Position numbers and translations under genes: made by a program
The notes under the pieces: model-generated
What the model saw: the letters and a program-made list of their open reading frames with translations, nothing else
What the model was told of the DNA's origin: nothing
Database searches by the model: none
Source: an uncultured virus (IMG/VR IMGVR_UViG_2863298641_000001)
Taxonomy: Duplodnaviria; Heunggongvirae; Uroviricota; Caudoviricetes
Length of the DNA stretch: 64,000 nucleotides
Virus record (IMG/VR): IMGVR_UViG_2863298641_000001
Direction: 5' to 3' (one strand)
In this document: positions 54,039 to 62,600 of the stretch, in pieces
How the letters are laid out: each line of letters opens with the position of its first letter
Numbering within the stretch: the stretch's first letter is position 1

Positions 54039-54374
54039 GGCTGCTCCTTCCGGCTGTGGCGGGTGGCGGGCTGGTGGGTGAACTGCTCGAACTGCCGGAT
54101 CCCGTGGTGGATGCGGGCCTCGCGCACCAGATGCCTGATGGCGGTGGGGGCGAGGACGAGGACCAGGACGGCGACGTTGAAGACGACGCCAGGGAGGACC
54201 CAGAGGGCGAAGCGGAAGGCGGCTTCGAGGGGTTGGCCGGTCACGGCCGCCTCCCGCGGGCCCAGTCGGCGATGCACCGGCCGGCGGCTCCGAGGGCCCC
54301 GCCGATCGCGCCGATGACGACGGCGGCGGGCACCACCCACCAGAGGCTGACGTGCTGCAGACGGTCGAGATCCA

Positions 54375-54779
54375 TCACGCCACCTTCTGCTGCTCGGCGC
54401 GGGCGGCACGACGGGCGGCGCGCTCCTCGCGCCGGCGCCGGGCGACGGCCTCTCGATGGGCGACGGGGACGCCTATCCACACGTAGACGAGGCTCTTGCG
54501 GGCGCGGGCGGACGGCCCGTAGCCGTGGTGGCGGATGATGCCGGCGTCCTGCAGCCGGGCGGGGAGGCCGCCCCACTGGCTCTTCGGGTGCGGCGGGTCC
54601 GGCAGTTGCTTCTTGCGGGCGACCTCGTCGATGGTGAACGGCTGGCCGCTGTCGGCGGCTTCGACGTAGGCGGGGGTGACCTCGTCGACCCAGGCCTCGT
54701 AGTCGTCCATCACGCGGCGGGTGGCGGGGGCCGCGGCCTCGAGCTCGATGCCGTCGAAGGCGGGCTGGATGTGGCTCAT
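54375..54779 (-). CDS. Hypothetical protein
   Basis: GQPFTIDEV...PDPPHP..WG...AGII...VYVWIG. Confidence 0.7.
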   Translation of the reverse strand: MSHIQPAFDGIELEAAAPATRRVMDDYEAWVDEVTPAYVEAADSGQPFTIDEVARKKQLPDPPHPKSQWGGLPARLQDAGIIRHHGYGPSARARKSLVYVWIGVPVAHREAVARRRREERAARRAARAEQQKVA

Positions 54780-55498
54780 GACGTCCTCTCGTTGCTCTCT
54801 GTTCGGCAGCAGCGGAATGCGGCAGCTCGAGAAATGCCCAGCCGGTCGGCTATCTGACGGAGGTTGAGGCCGCTGTCGCGCAACTCCCGCGCCTGGGCCA
54901 CTACGTCGGGGTTGTTGCGGACGAAGTTCGCTCGGTGAGGCGGATAGATGCGCGCCTTCGGTACGGGCGGCTCGGTGACGTGAGTCCAACCGATGCCGCG
55001 TACCGCACGGTGAGCAGACGTGTAGTCGACGCCGATCTCTAGCGCTAGCGAGCGGATGGACCGGCCGCTGCGGACCGCGCGACGCATCTGGGCAACCGTC
55101 TCGTCATCCAGGACCGCGTTCGGTCGCCCCGCGCCCTGCGGCCAGGTCTTCGGTGTGCGGCGTCGACGCTCGTAGACATCACGCACGTTTTGAGCGACAG
55201 AGCCGGCTTCCAGGTGGTCCGGCCGCACGCAGAGAGGCGTGTCGCATCGGTGTCGGATGACAGCGACCTGCGGCAGAACCTTCCTGTTTGTGATCACCCA
55301 GGAGACTCGGTGCGCCAAGAGGCGGCGCCTCTGCAGAGTCAGCTGGCCATACTGGCCGGCCTTGCCGCCGGTCCAGAGCCAGCAGTTCTCCGACTTCTGC
55401 ACTCGAGCCCAGAAGCGACTGACGAACTGGGTGTCGTTAGCCGCGTTCAGCAGCTGCCCTTGCAGTGCCTCATATGCTTCAGGTGTGAGGCGGGCCAT
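54776..55498 (-). CDS. HNH homing endonuclease with C-terminal HTH
   Basis: RFWARVQK...CWLWTG...YG...AHRVSW...IRHRCDTPLCVRPDHLEAGSVAQN, lower GC than neighbours. Confidence 0.92.
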   Translation of the reverse strand: MARLTPEAYEALQGQLLNAANDTQFVSRFWARVQKSENCWLWTGGKAGQYGQLTLQRRRLLAHRVSWVITNRKVLPQVAVIRHRCDTPLCVRPDHLEAGSVAQNVRDVYERRRRTPKTWPQGAGRPNAVLDDETVAQMRRAVRSGRSIRSLALEIGVDYTSAHRAVRGIGWTHVTEPPVPKARIYPPHRANFVRNNPDVVAQARELRDSGLNLRQIADRLGISRAAAFRCCRTESNERTS

Positions 55499-55563
55499 TT
55501 TCGTCCTCCTTTCGTTGCCCGGCTGCCGGCCGCGATTCGGGCGCGGCCGGCGCCTCGGGCGGG

Positions 55564-56334
55564 TTACTCGGTGGGCTGCTCGGGCTTGGCGTTGAGCCAG
55601 GCGAGGAGCGGGGCGGCGATGTCGCGGGCTCCGACGGGCCGCTTGATGACCTTGCGGTGGAGGTCGGGGCAGCGGGACTTGAGGACTTCGAGGGTGTTCT
55701 CCAGGTCCATGGCCACGGCGACGTCGAATTCGTACTCGATGCCCTTGCGCTGCTCGGGCCTCATCCCGACCCGCTCCGGCTTGCCGCCGTTCAGCACCCA
55801 CTCCGTGTAGGAGCGCATCGAGCAGACGACGTGCCCGGGGTAGGCGAGGATCGCGGCGACCATGTCGTTCTGGATGGGGGTGCCGTCCTTCCAGCCGGCG
55901 AACTTGTTGCCGCCGTACCGGCTGCTGGCCTTCTCGACCTGGTCGAGGGTGCCGTCAGTGCCCTTCCAGAAGTGGGAGAGGCTGTCGACGAAGACGGTGG
56001 GGTAGCCGGCCTTGGCGGCGGATTCGAGGATGCGGATCAGGTCGCGCGGGTCGTAGCGGTCCAGGGAGACGGCGTCGAACTGGATGCCGCCGATGCCGGC
56101 GTACAGGCTGGCGGCTCCGCCCTCGGTGTCGATGACGCCGAACTTGTTGCCTTCGGACAGGCCGTGGGCGATGGACAGGCCGGTCCAGGTCTTGCCGGAT
56201 CCGGACATGCCCTGGACGGACAGGCGGGCCTTGCGTCCGGCCTTGCTCGCGGGGCGGAACGCGAACTCGTCGGGGGCCCCGTTCTGTTCGGCGGCGGGGC
56301 GGCCCGTGCGGACGGGCTGCGGAAGCTGGGACAC
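55564..56334 (-). CDS. AAA ATPase (Sak4-like recombinase family)
   Basis: GMSGSGKT, VIDTE, VFVDSLSHFW, EYEFD. Confidence 0.88.
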   Translation of the reverse strand: MSQLPQPVRTGRPAAEQNGAPDEFAFRPASKAGRKARLSVQGMSGSGKTWTGLSIAHGLSEGNKFGVIDTEGGAASLYAGIGGIQFDAVSLDRYDPRDLIRILESAAKAGYPTVFVDSLSHFWKGTDGTLDQVEKASSRYGGNKFAGWKDGTPIQNDMVAAILAYPGHVVCSMRSYTEWVLNGGKPERVGMRPEQRKGIEYEFDVAVAMDLENTLEVLKSRCPDLHRKVIKRPVGARDIAAPLLAWLNAKPEQPTE

Positions 56335-56343
56335 GGGGTGCTC

Positions 56344-57171
56344 CTAGGCGTACTGGCGCTCGACCCAGGCGGGGAGCGAGATCATCGGGTTGGGCAGGTA
56401 GCCGGGCCACTCACCGCGGTCGCGGCAGATGGCGTAGGTGTTGAGGGCGACGTCGTTGAGGTGGCGGCCGATGCCGCGGGCCATCGGGTCGCAGGTCGTG
56501 ACGACCACCAGATAGGGCGGGTCCTTCTCCTGGACCACGAACTGCATGGGCCGCTCGGGATCGGCGACGCCGAGGGCCTCACCGCCGTCCTCGTACCAAC
56601 CCTGTTGCTGGTGATAGCCGTGCTCGTTGAACGCCTTCTCCAAGTCCTCCCGGCGGCAGGAGCGGGCGGTCTTGTAGTCGACGATCTGGCCGTCGTCACG
56701 GAGCCAGTCGAAGCGGCAGCGTCGCCAGACGCCGTGGTCCTCCCAGAACGCGGACATCTCGGCGAGTCCGGAGCCGGGCTCCAGCAGGGCAGCGGCCTCT
56801 TCGTTGGCGCGGAGGGCGGTGGCCATGGCGTGGACCTGGTCCAGCTCGTGGAGCTTGAGCGGGATGTCACCGGCCGCCCGTATCGCGGCGACCTCGGCCT
56901 TGATGCTGTCGGTGTCCCACCGCGGGGCGTCGACGAGGACCAGCTCGGGGCCGTCGTCGAGGACGAGCTTGTGGGCGGCGGTGCCGAGGTCGAGGGCCTT
57001 GGTGTGGGGCTGCGGGTTGTCGAGCCAGTGCTTGAACTTGGCCGGGCACTCGGTGGCGAGCTTGCGGGCGCCGGTCGACGACAGGCTGCCGCCGGGGATG
57101 GGATCGGCGTGGTACTGCTCGGCGGGGATGTCGTACAGGCCGGGCTCGACCTCGACCGGCGCCCCGCTCAT
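56344..57171 (-). CDS. PD-(D/E)xK exonuclease (RecE/DUF3799-like)
   Basis: YHAD...LSSTG, LGTAAH, RCRFDWL...IVDYKT, YHQQ..WY. Confidence 0.9.
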   Translation of the reverse strand: MSGAPVEVEPGLYDIPAEQYHADPIPGGSLSSTGARKLATECPAKFKHWLDNPQPHTKALDLGTAAHKLVLDDGPELVLVDAPRWDTDSIKAEVAAIRAAGDIPLKLHELDQVHAMATALRANEEAAALLEPGSGLAEMSAFWEDHGVWRRCRFDWLRDDGQIVDYKTARSCRREDLEKAFNEHGYHQQQGWYEDGGEALGVADPERPMQFVVQEKDPPYLVVVTTCDPMARGIGRHLNDVALNTYAICRDRGEWPGYLPNPMISLPAWVERQYA

Positions 57172-57286
57172 GCGACGCCGTCCAGCGGCATCGGGCGGGC
57201 GCAGGGTTCGCACAGCTGCTCGTCGGTGAACGGGCCGTCCTCGTCGCCGCAGCGGGTGCAGCGGATCGGCTGCTGGTCGGTGGCCA

Positions 57287-57517
57287 TCAGAACGGGTACT
57301 CCTCTCGGATCGGTCGGCGGGGCCAGAGGGGCAGGCGCCAGGTGCGGAGTTGGTCGAGGCAGGGGCATTCGTCCCAGTCGGCGCCGAAGCCGTTACGGGT
57401 CCAGCCGCCTTGGTTGCCGCGGCAGTCGGGGCAGTTCGGGTTGGGCTGCCGGGTGAGGTGCAGGGCCCGGCGGTGCAGTTCGATCTGCCAGCGGCCGAAG
57501 GTGCGGGCGAGGTGCAT
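57287..57517 (-). CDS. Small zinc-finger protein
   Basis: CPDCRG..G...CPC. Confidence 0.65.
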   Translation of the reverse strand: MHLARTFGRWQIELHRRALHLTRQPNPNCPDCRGNQGGWTRNGFGADWDECPCLDQLRTWRLPLWPRRPIREEYPF

Positions 57518-57691
57518 GGGTCCTCGTTTCGGGGTGTGCTTGGGGTGGGCCTCCAGCCCCGTCGGGGGGTGGCGGGGCTGGAGGCCCTGGGCGGCGGCGC
57601 GGAGTGGGGGCTCGACGCGCACGCCGGCTACAGGGGTTGTGGCTTGCGCGCCCGACCGGGGCCCTAGGTCATGCGCCGGCCGGGCGCTGGT

Positions 57692-58099
57692 CTAAGCGGC
57701 CCCGACGTCGGCCTGCTTCTTGCTGGCCGGGTCGACGCGGAACTCCTCGACGCTGAACAGCCCGTCGTCCTGGGGCGGCAGGTCCTTCACCGCCTTGCGG
57801 ATCTTGGCGAACACCGCGTCGTAGCAGAGCGGGCACATCGCCGCGAGACGTCGGGCCGGCAGCGAGGCGGCAGTCGCGAAGTCGCCCTCGTTGATCGGGT
57901 CCCGCGGCATCGCGATCAGGACTACCTCGCCCTTCTTGCTGATGTGCTTGCCGTTCTCCAGGTCGCAGCGGCCTTGCGTGCGACTGCCGCTCGCCGAGTG
58001 CCTCTTGCCGCAGGCGCCCCGGCACTCGCACCGGTGGCCGGCGCGGTTCATCACCGCGGTCCACACGGCGGCGCCGACTATCGGGGGACGGACGGTCAT
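57692..58099 (-). CDS. Degenerate HNH-like zinc-binding protein
   Basis: RAGHRCECRGACG..H...RC...LAAMCPLCYD. Confidence 0.65.
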   Translation of the reverse strand: MTVRPPIVGAAVWTAVMNRAGHRCECRGACGKRHSASGSRTQGRCDLENGKHISKKGEVVLIAMPRDPINEGDFATAASLPARRLAAMCPLCYDAVFAKIRKAVKDLPPQDDGLFSVEEFRVDPASKKQADVGAA

Positions 58100-58725
58100 G
58101 ACGCACTCGCCACCTCTGTTGCCGGTTCGACCCGCAGGCCATCCATGACCCGGATCAGCTCACAGCCGGGGCACTCACAGCGTCCGAGGTGGGAGCCGAG
58201 GTCGGCGTGGTCGCGGTGCAGCCGCTGCCCCTGCTCGACCAGGACGCTGCGTAGTCGCTGGATCTCGGCGGCCTGGGCCTCGGCCAGCTTCACCTCGGGG
58301 TCCCGTTCGGCGACCTCGTCGAGCACCTTGTCGGTGACGACGCCATCGAGCGTCCACTGGGCGCGGCGGGCCGCGGAGCGCAGCTCCTCGACCACCTTGG
58401 GGGCCGGTCGATCAGGCAGCTGGGAGATGCGGTAGAGGAGGCCGGTGATGGGCGTGGCGGCCCGACGGACGATGACTCCCAGGTACAGGCCGCCGCGTGC
58501 GATCTGCTGATCGGCGGCCTCCCGGCGGGCGGCGGCGTAGACGGACCGGTCGTGCTTCACCTGGTCCTGCAGCAGCGAGCTGTAGGCGTTCTCGTGGCGC
58601 CGGGATTCCTTCTGCGTCCGCTCGACTTCGCGGTTGAGCAGCTCGGCGTCGGTCAGGTGGTCGACGGGCTCGCCGAGCCGCGCGTACTCCTCGCGCAGGG
58701 CGGCGACACGGTCGGCGGCGTTCAT
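58096..58725 (-). CDS. Hypothetical coiled-coil protein
   Basis: Coupled ORF. Confidence 0.7.
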   Translation of the reverse strand: MNAADRVAALREEYARLGEPVDHLTDAELLNREVERTQKESRRHENAYSSLLQDQVKHDRSVYAAARREAADQQIARGGLYLGVIVRRAATPITGLLYRISQLPDRPAPKVVEELRSAARRAQWTLDGVVTDKVLDEVAERDPEVKLAEAQAAEIQRLRSVLVEQGQRLHRDHADLGSHLGRCECPGCELIRVMDGLRVEPATEVASAS

Positions 58726-59168
58726 GCGATCTCCTTGGTGGTCTTCTGCGCCTGCAAGAGGGCGTGGTCGGGGCCGGGTTCGGCCATCGGCGACTGGTGC
58801 AGCGGCACCGGGACGACGACGGCCATCTCCTGCGTCTTGGCGACCGCGGCGTGAGCCCAGGTGCGGACGTCGAGCCGCCGGTCGCGATCGGCGACCTGGC
58901 CTTCGAGGTCGTGGACGTAGCGCTCCAGGGCGTCACGGTCCCGGCCGATGTTGATCAGCGCGTCCTGCGTCTCCTGCAGCCGCTCGGTGAGCCGCTCGTT
59001 CTCCGTCTGCAGCTCGCCGAGCTGGACGGCCTGCCGCATGATCAGCGCGTCGGCGTCGTCGAGCCGCTGCTGCAGTTCGGCGAGTTCCTGCTCCCGCTGG
59101 GCGAGCCGGTCTATGGCGCGGTGCTTGCGGGCCGGCCTGGCGCTACGGCCGGGGAGTGTGAGACTCAC
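58722..59168 (-). CDS. Coiled-coil protein
   Basis: Long heptad pattern. Confidence 0.7.
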   Translation of the reverse strand: MSLTLPGRSARPARKHRAIDRLAQREQELAELQQRLDDADALIMRQAVQLGELQTENERLTERLQETQDALINIGRDRDALERYVHDLEGQVADRDRRLDVRTWAHAAVAKTQEMAVVVPVPLHQSPMAEPGPDHALLQAQKTTKEIA

Positions 59169-59349
59169 TGGTCCCCCAGTTGTCGAGGTCGAGGGTGATG
59201 TGGCCGGCTTCGACGCTGGCCTTGAAGTTGCGGCTCGTCTCGGCGGCCTGCTCAAGCTCGCGGTTCTTGGCGGCCAGCCGCTTGATCTCGGCTTCCAGCT
59301 CCCCCACCCGGTGGCGGAGGCGGACCACCTCGGCGGCCGTCGCCGTCAC
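59143..59349 (-). CDS. Small coiled-coil protein
   Basis: Coupled ORF. Confidence 0.6.
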   Translation of the reverse strand: MTATAAEVVRLRHRVGELEAEIKRLAAKNRELEQAAETSRNFKASVEAGHITLDLDNWGTSESHTPRP

Positions 59350-59570
59350 CGGACGGCCTTCTTCGTCAGCAGGTAGAAGCGGCGGTCATCGGCGCCGCCC
59401 TGGATGAGGAGGCCGGCCCGGTGGAAGGTGCGGATGTCGTGGCGGGCCGTCGTCCGCTTCGGGGCGCCGAGGTCGCGGTTCACCCGGTGCACGCGGTCCG
59501 TGGTCACGACACCGCGGCGGCAGCGGAGGATGCCGAGCAGCTGCTGCTGGCGGGCGGTCAGCTCAGCCAT
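59346..59570 (-). CDS. Small winged-helix protein
   Basis: LTARQQQLL...TARHDI.....GLL. Confidence 0.65.
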   Translation of the reverse strand: MAELTARQQQLLGILRCRRGVVTTDRVHRVNRDLGAPKRTTARHDIRTFHRAGLLIQGGADDRRFYLLTKKAVR

Positions 59571-59802
59571 GGCTGGCCTCCCTGGCGCGGCGGTTGTCGG
59601 CTTCGCGGGCGGCGATGTACTCGGCCCATCCCGGGTAGTCCGCGTCAGTGGCGCAGGCTTCGGGGTGACGGACGAGCCAGGCGTCGAGCTGGTACACCAG
59701 CTGGTCCTTCGGGTCCGTGGCTCGGGCTGCGGCGGCCAGGAAGCAGGCGTCGGCCTCGACGACGGGCAGCGGCACGTCCAGGCGGGACAGGTCGACGGTC
59801 AT
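59563..59802 (-). CDS. Hypothetical protein
   Basis: ATGA coupling. Confidence 0.65.
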   Translation of the reverse strand: MTVDLSRLDVPLPVVEADACFLAAAARATDPKDQLVYQLDAWLVRHPEACATDADYPGWAEYIAAREADNRRAREASHG

Positions 59803-60527
59803 CGGGCCACCTGCTTCCGGGCCGCGTCGTACTGGGCGATGCCCCAGGAGGCCGCGTAGCACTGGTAGACGAAGTGGTAGTCCAGCTTGTGGACGCGCCA
59901 CTCGCAGACGTCGGAGAAGCGGAAGCCACCCGTCTCTCGGGTCTTGACCTTGTGCTTGTCGCCGTCTTCCTTGTGGCTGAGCACCTTCCAGGTGATTGCG
60001 TCGCCGTAGGAGTCGAAGTCCTCGAAGAGGCCGCACTCACACTCTGCGCGGTACGTCATTCCGTGCTCGAACTCGGCGACCAGCTGCATGGCCATGTCCT
60101 TGCTGTGCAGCCAGTCACTCTCGAGGATCTGCTCGCGGACCGCAGCCCGCAGGCCGCGCGGCGCACCCTCCTTGACCGCCTCGGCGACCTCCTCCTTGAC
60201 CTGCTTCACGAGGCGGTCCTGGTCGTACTCGCGAACCGAGTCGACCCCGTTGACCAGCTTCGACGCCCACGACCTCGGCTCGACGCGGATGCCGCGCAGC
60301 CAGTCGAACATGTCCTCGGTGTCCGGGCCGAACCGCTCGAAGTGGAACGAGCCGTGCGAGCCGGCGACCAGGAGGTTGTACGGCCACGTCACCAGGATGA
60401 TCCGGGACCACCCCTGTAGGGCCTTGAACTCGACGTGCCGGAACACACCCTCCTCGCGGAGCTCGATCAGCTTGCCGTCCTTCACGTCACGGGCGACGTG
60501 GGCGGCGATCTCGGCGTACTCGCTCAT
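59799..60527 (-). CDS. Conserved phage hypothetical protein
   Basis: GVFRHVEF...LVTWP..L...G...DMFDW...WASKL...C.A..WGIAQYD. Confidence 0.8.
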   Translation of the reverse strand: MSEYAEIAAHVARDVKDGKLIELREEGVFRHVEFKALQGWSRIILVTWPYNLLVAGSHGSFHFERFGPDTEDMFDWLRGIRVEPRSWASKLVNGVDSVREYDQDRLVKQVKEEVAEAVKEGAPRGLRAAVREQILESDWLHSKDMAMQLVAEFEHGMTYRAECECGLFEDFDSYGDAITWKVLSHKEDGDKHKVKTRETGGFRFSDVCEWRVHKLDYHFVYQCYAASWGIAQYDAARKQVAR

Positions 60528-60739
60528 GCGGTCACCTCGGGCAGCGGCTCGTAGGAGATGCGGCCGTCGCCGTACACGGTCACCGAGGCGACCGCACCTG
60601 GCATGGCTTCCGGCATGCCCTGCGTGCCGTGGAACACGACCTGTAGCCGGTTACCGAACCCCGGCATGATGTGGATCTCGGTGACGTCGGAGCCCAGCGG
60701 CTCGATCAACGGGGACGTGGGGTGAGATGATGCAGGCAT
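60524..60739 (-). CDS. Hypothetical protein
   Basis: GAAGGG RBS, ATGA coupling. Confidence 0.6.
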   Translation of the reverse strand: MPASSHPTSPLIEPLGSDVTEIHIMPGFGNRLQVVFHGTQGMPEAMPGAVASVTVYGDGRISYEPLPEVTA

Positions 60740-60820
60740 AGGTCTGCCCTTCTTCTTCACGGATGGTGTGGGTGGATCTGGCCGTCTCGGGTCGCAACCG
60801 GGGCGGCCTCTTTGCTGCCG

Positions 60821-61114
60821 TCAGGCGGCGGCGCGGGCCGGCTTCTCGAACGGGCGAACGGTGTAGCGCTCGACGAGGGCCACGATCTGGGCGCCGGTGA
60901 GGTAGTTGTCGCGGCCGTTGAAGACGTAGTCGATTTCTCGCCGCCGGATCAGGTCGATGAGCGTCCGGTACGAGAACGGCGTCCAGCGGGCGGCTTCGGC
61001 CGGCGTGTAGTGGAAGTAGAGGCCCTCGGCTGTCTGCGGGGCTGGGAGGTTGTCGCGGACCTTGGGGGCGGGCCGCTTGCTGGTCGCGGTCTTCGTGGCC
61101 TTGGGGGCGGTCAC
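60821..61114 (-). CDS. Excisionase-like HTH protein
   Basis: YTPAEAA...SYRTLIDLIRRREI, directly after cro. Confidence 0.75.
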   Translation of the reverse strand: MTAPKATKTATSKRPAPKVRDNLPAPQTAEGLYFHYTPAEAARWTPFSYRTLIDLIRRREIDYVFNGRDNYLTGAQIVALVERYTVRPFEKPARAAA

Positions 61115-61317
61115 GGCTTCTCCTTGTGGGTGATGTCGTCAGGGGTGACACCCAGGGCTTCCGCGACCTTGGAGATGTTGTCGTCTCCGAGTCCGGCAAG
61201 GCCCCGCTCGACGCGGGAGAGATGGCCTTTGTTTATGCCGGTGAGCTTTGAGAGCGTGGCAAGGCTCATACGTAGAGCCCCCCTTCTGAAGCGGATAGCG
61301 CTGGGGTGCGGTCTCAC
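61111..61317 (-). CDS. Cro-like XRE regulator
   Basis: IRFRRGALRMSLATLSKLTGINKGHLSRVERG...VAEALGV, divergent from the repressor. Confidence 0.9.
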   Translation of the reverse strand: MRPHPSAIRFRRGALRMSLATLSKLTGINKGHLSRVERGLAGLGDDNISKVAEALGVTPDDITHKEKP

Positions 61318-61324
61318 GCTCTAG

Positions 61325-61379
61325 AAGCTAGACGGTAGTGCAGCGGTAAGCAAGCGGTAGAGCAACATTAGGGCTCTAC
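61325..61379 (-). promoter_or_regulatory. Early lytic promoter TTGCTT-N17-TAGCTT with operator repeats
   Basis: -35 at 61348-53 and -10 at 61325-30, 7 nt before the cro GTG. CGGTA repeats at 11-bp period. Dyad GTAGAGC-N9-GCTCTAC at 61357-61379. Confidence 0.7.
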
Positions 61380-61531
61380 TTTCTAGCAGCAGGGGGCGCG
61401 AAGTCCCATAGCTGCCGCTCCGCCGCGTGCGCCCCATGCAACCCAAACGCTCTATTTGCGGTCAGCGATGCTGGTCAATAGGCCTGAACCCGGCTGGGCG
61501 GTTGCATGGCAGTAGTGCATGATGTGGAGAC

Positions 61532-62071
61532 ATGGACCGTGAACGAGAGTGGAATCTCTCAAACTGGGAACGGCTCGGCCGCACCTTCGCCGCCGCACGC
61601 CGGGACAAGGGCCTCACGCAGCAGGAAGCTGCGGACGCACTCCACGTTTCCCGCGCACCGATCCAGGCCATCGAACGCGGTCGCCAGTCCAACGGCACCG
61701 ACTTCAGCAAGGTCACGCGCACCATGCGGGACTACGCGCGCCTGGTCGGCTGGACGGCCGACTCTCCGAGCCGCATCCTCGACGGCGAGGAACCGGAGCC
61801 CGACGTGCAGCCCGTCCCGGTCCAGCCCGAGCCTGCCCCATCCGATCTGCCGCCGGCTGTCGACCGTGAGCTCCGCTCGGGCAAGACCCTCGATCACACC
61901 GTGGTCCACATGGGGAGCGAGGAGGATGACGACACCCGCATCATCGTCGTCCTCAAGGGGGCCGAGGACATCAGCGAAGAGGAGCTCGACGAGCTCTGGC
62001 GGAAGTGGCGCAGGACTCGGCGTCACCTTCAGGCGATGCCCGGCGAAACGGACGCCCCGACGGAGTCGTGA
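61532..62071 (+). CDS. Immunity repressor (XRE HTH)
   Basis: RLG...ARRDKGLTQQEAADALHVSRAPIQAIERG...GWTADS, cI position. Confidence 0.88.
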   Translation: MDREREWNLSNWERLGRTFAAARRDKGLTQQEAADALHVSRAPIQAIERGRQSNGTDFSKVTRTMRDYARLVGWTADSPSRILDGEEPEPDVQPVPVQPEPAPSDLPPAVDRELRSGKTLDHTVVHMGSEEDDDTRIIVVLKGAEDISEEELDELWRKWRRTRRHLQAMPGETDAPTES

Positions 62072-62171
62072 GATTGTTTCGGCCTCAACAGGTCGACTGT
62101 GACTCAATAGTGTGCTTCGATCTACATACCGTCACCGAGGGGGGGCACTGCTCGGATCGGGGTAACTGCGC

Positions 62172-62585
62172 ATGTGGGTTATGCACGTTGAGCGTGTCAA
62201 GGGTGACTACGTAGAGCCCGAGATCATCGATCTCGAAGACGGCAGCGGGTGCGTATTCCGGCTGCACGAGACAGACATAAGCGAAGACGGAGCCGAGCCG
62301 CTCTCGCGCCTGCTCACCGAGCAGGCCCAGTTCTGGGCCCCCCGGCCGCCCGGCTCCCCGCTCGGCCCCGTCGTGCTCGTCACCTGGGAGCGCATTCCCA
62401 AGCCGGCCGACCGGCTGGAGATCGGCGTCGAGGACTGCTCGAAGTCCATCACCTACACGGTGGACCCGTCGCTTCTCAGCCAGCGCGCCGCGGACTACCT
62501 CGGCCGGCTCGACACGGAGCGCTCTCCGCACTGGCAGCGAGTACCCAAGGGCTACCACGACAGCGACACTGGTGCCGATAGCTGA
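62172..62585 (+). CDS. Hypothetical protein between repressor and integrase, internally duplicated
   Basis: Two similar halves, each ending in W.(P/R).P. Confidence 0.75.
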   Translation: MWVMHVERVKGDYVEPEIIDLEDGSGCVFRLHETDISEDGAEPLSRLLTEQAQFWAPRPPGSPLGPVVLVTWERIPKPADRLEIGVEDCSKSITYTVDPSLLSQRAADYLGRLDTERSPHWQRVPKGYHDSDTGADS

Positions 62586-62600
62586 TCGCAAGGGGGCACC

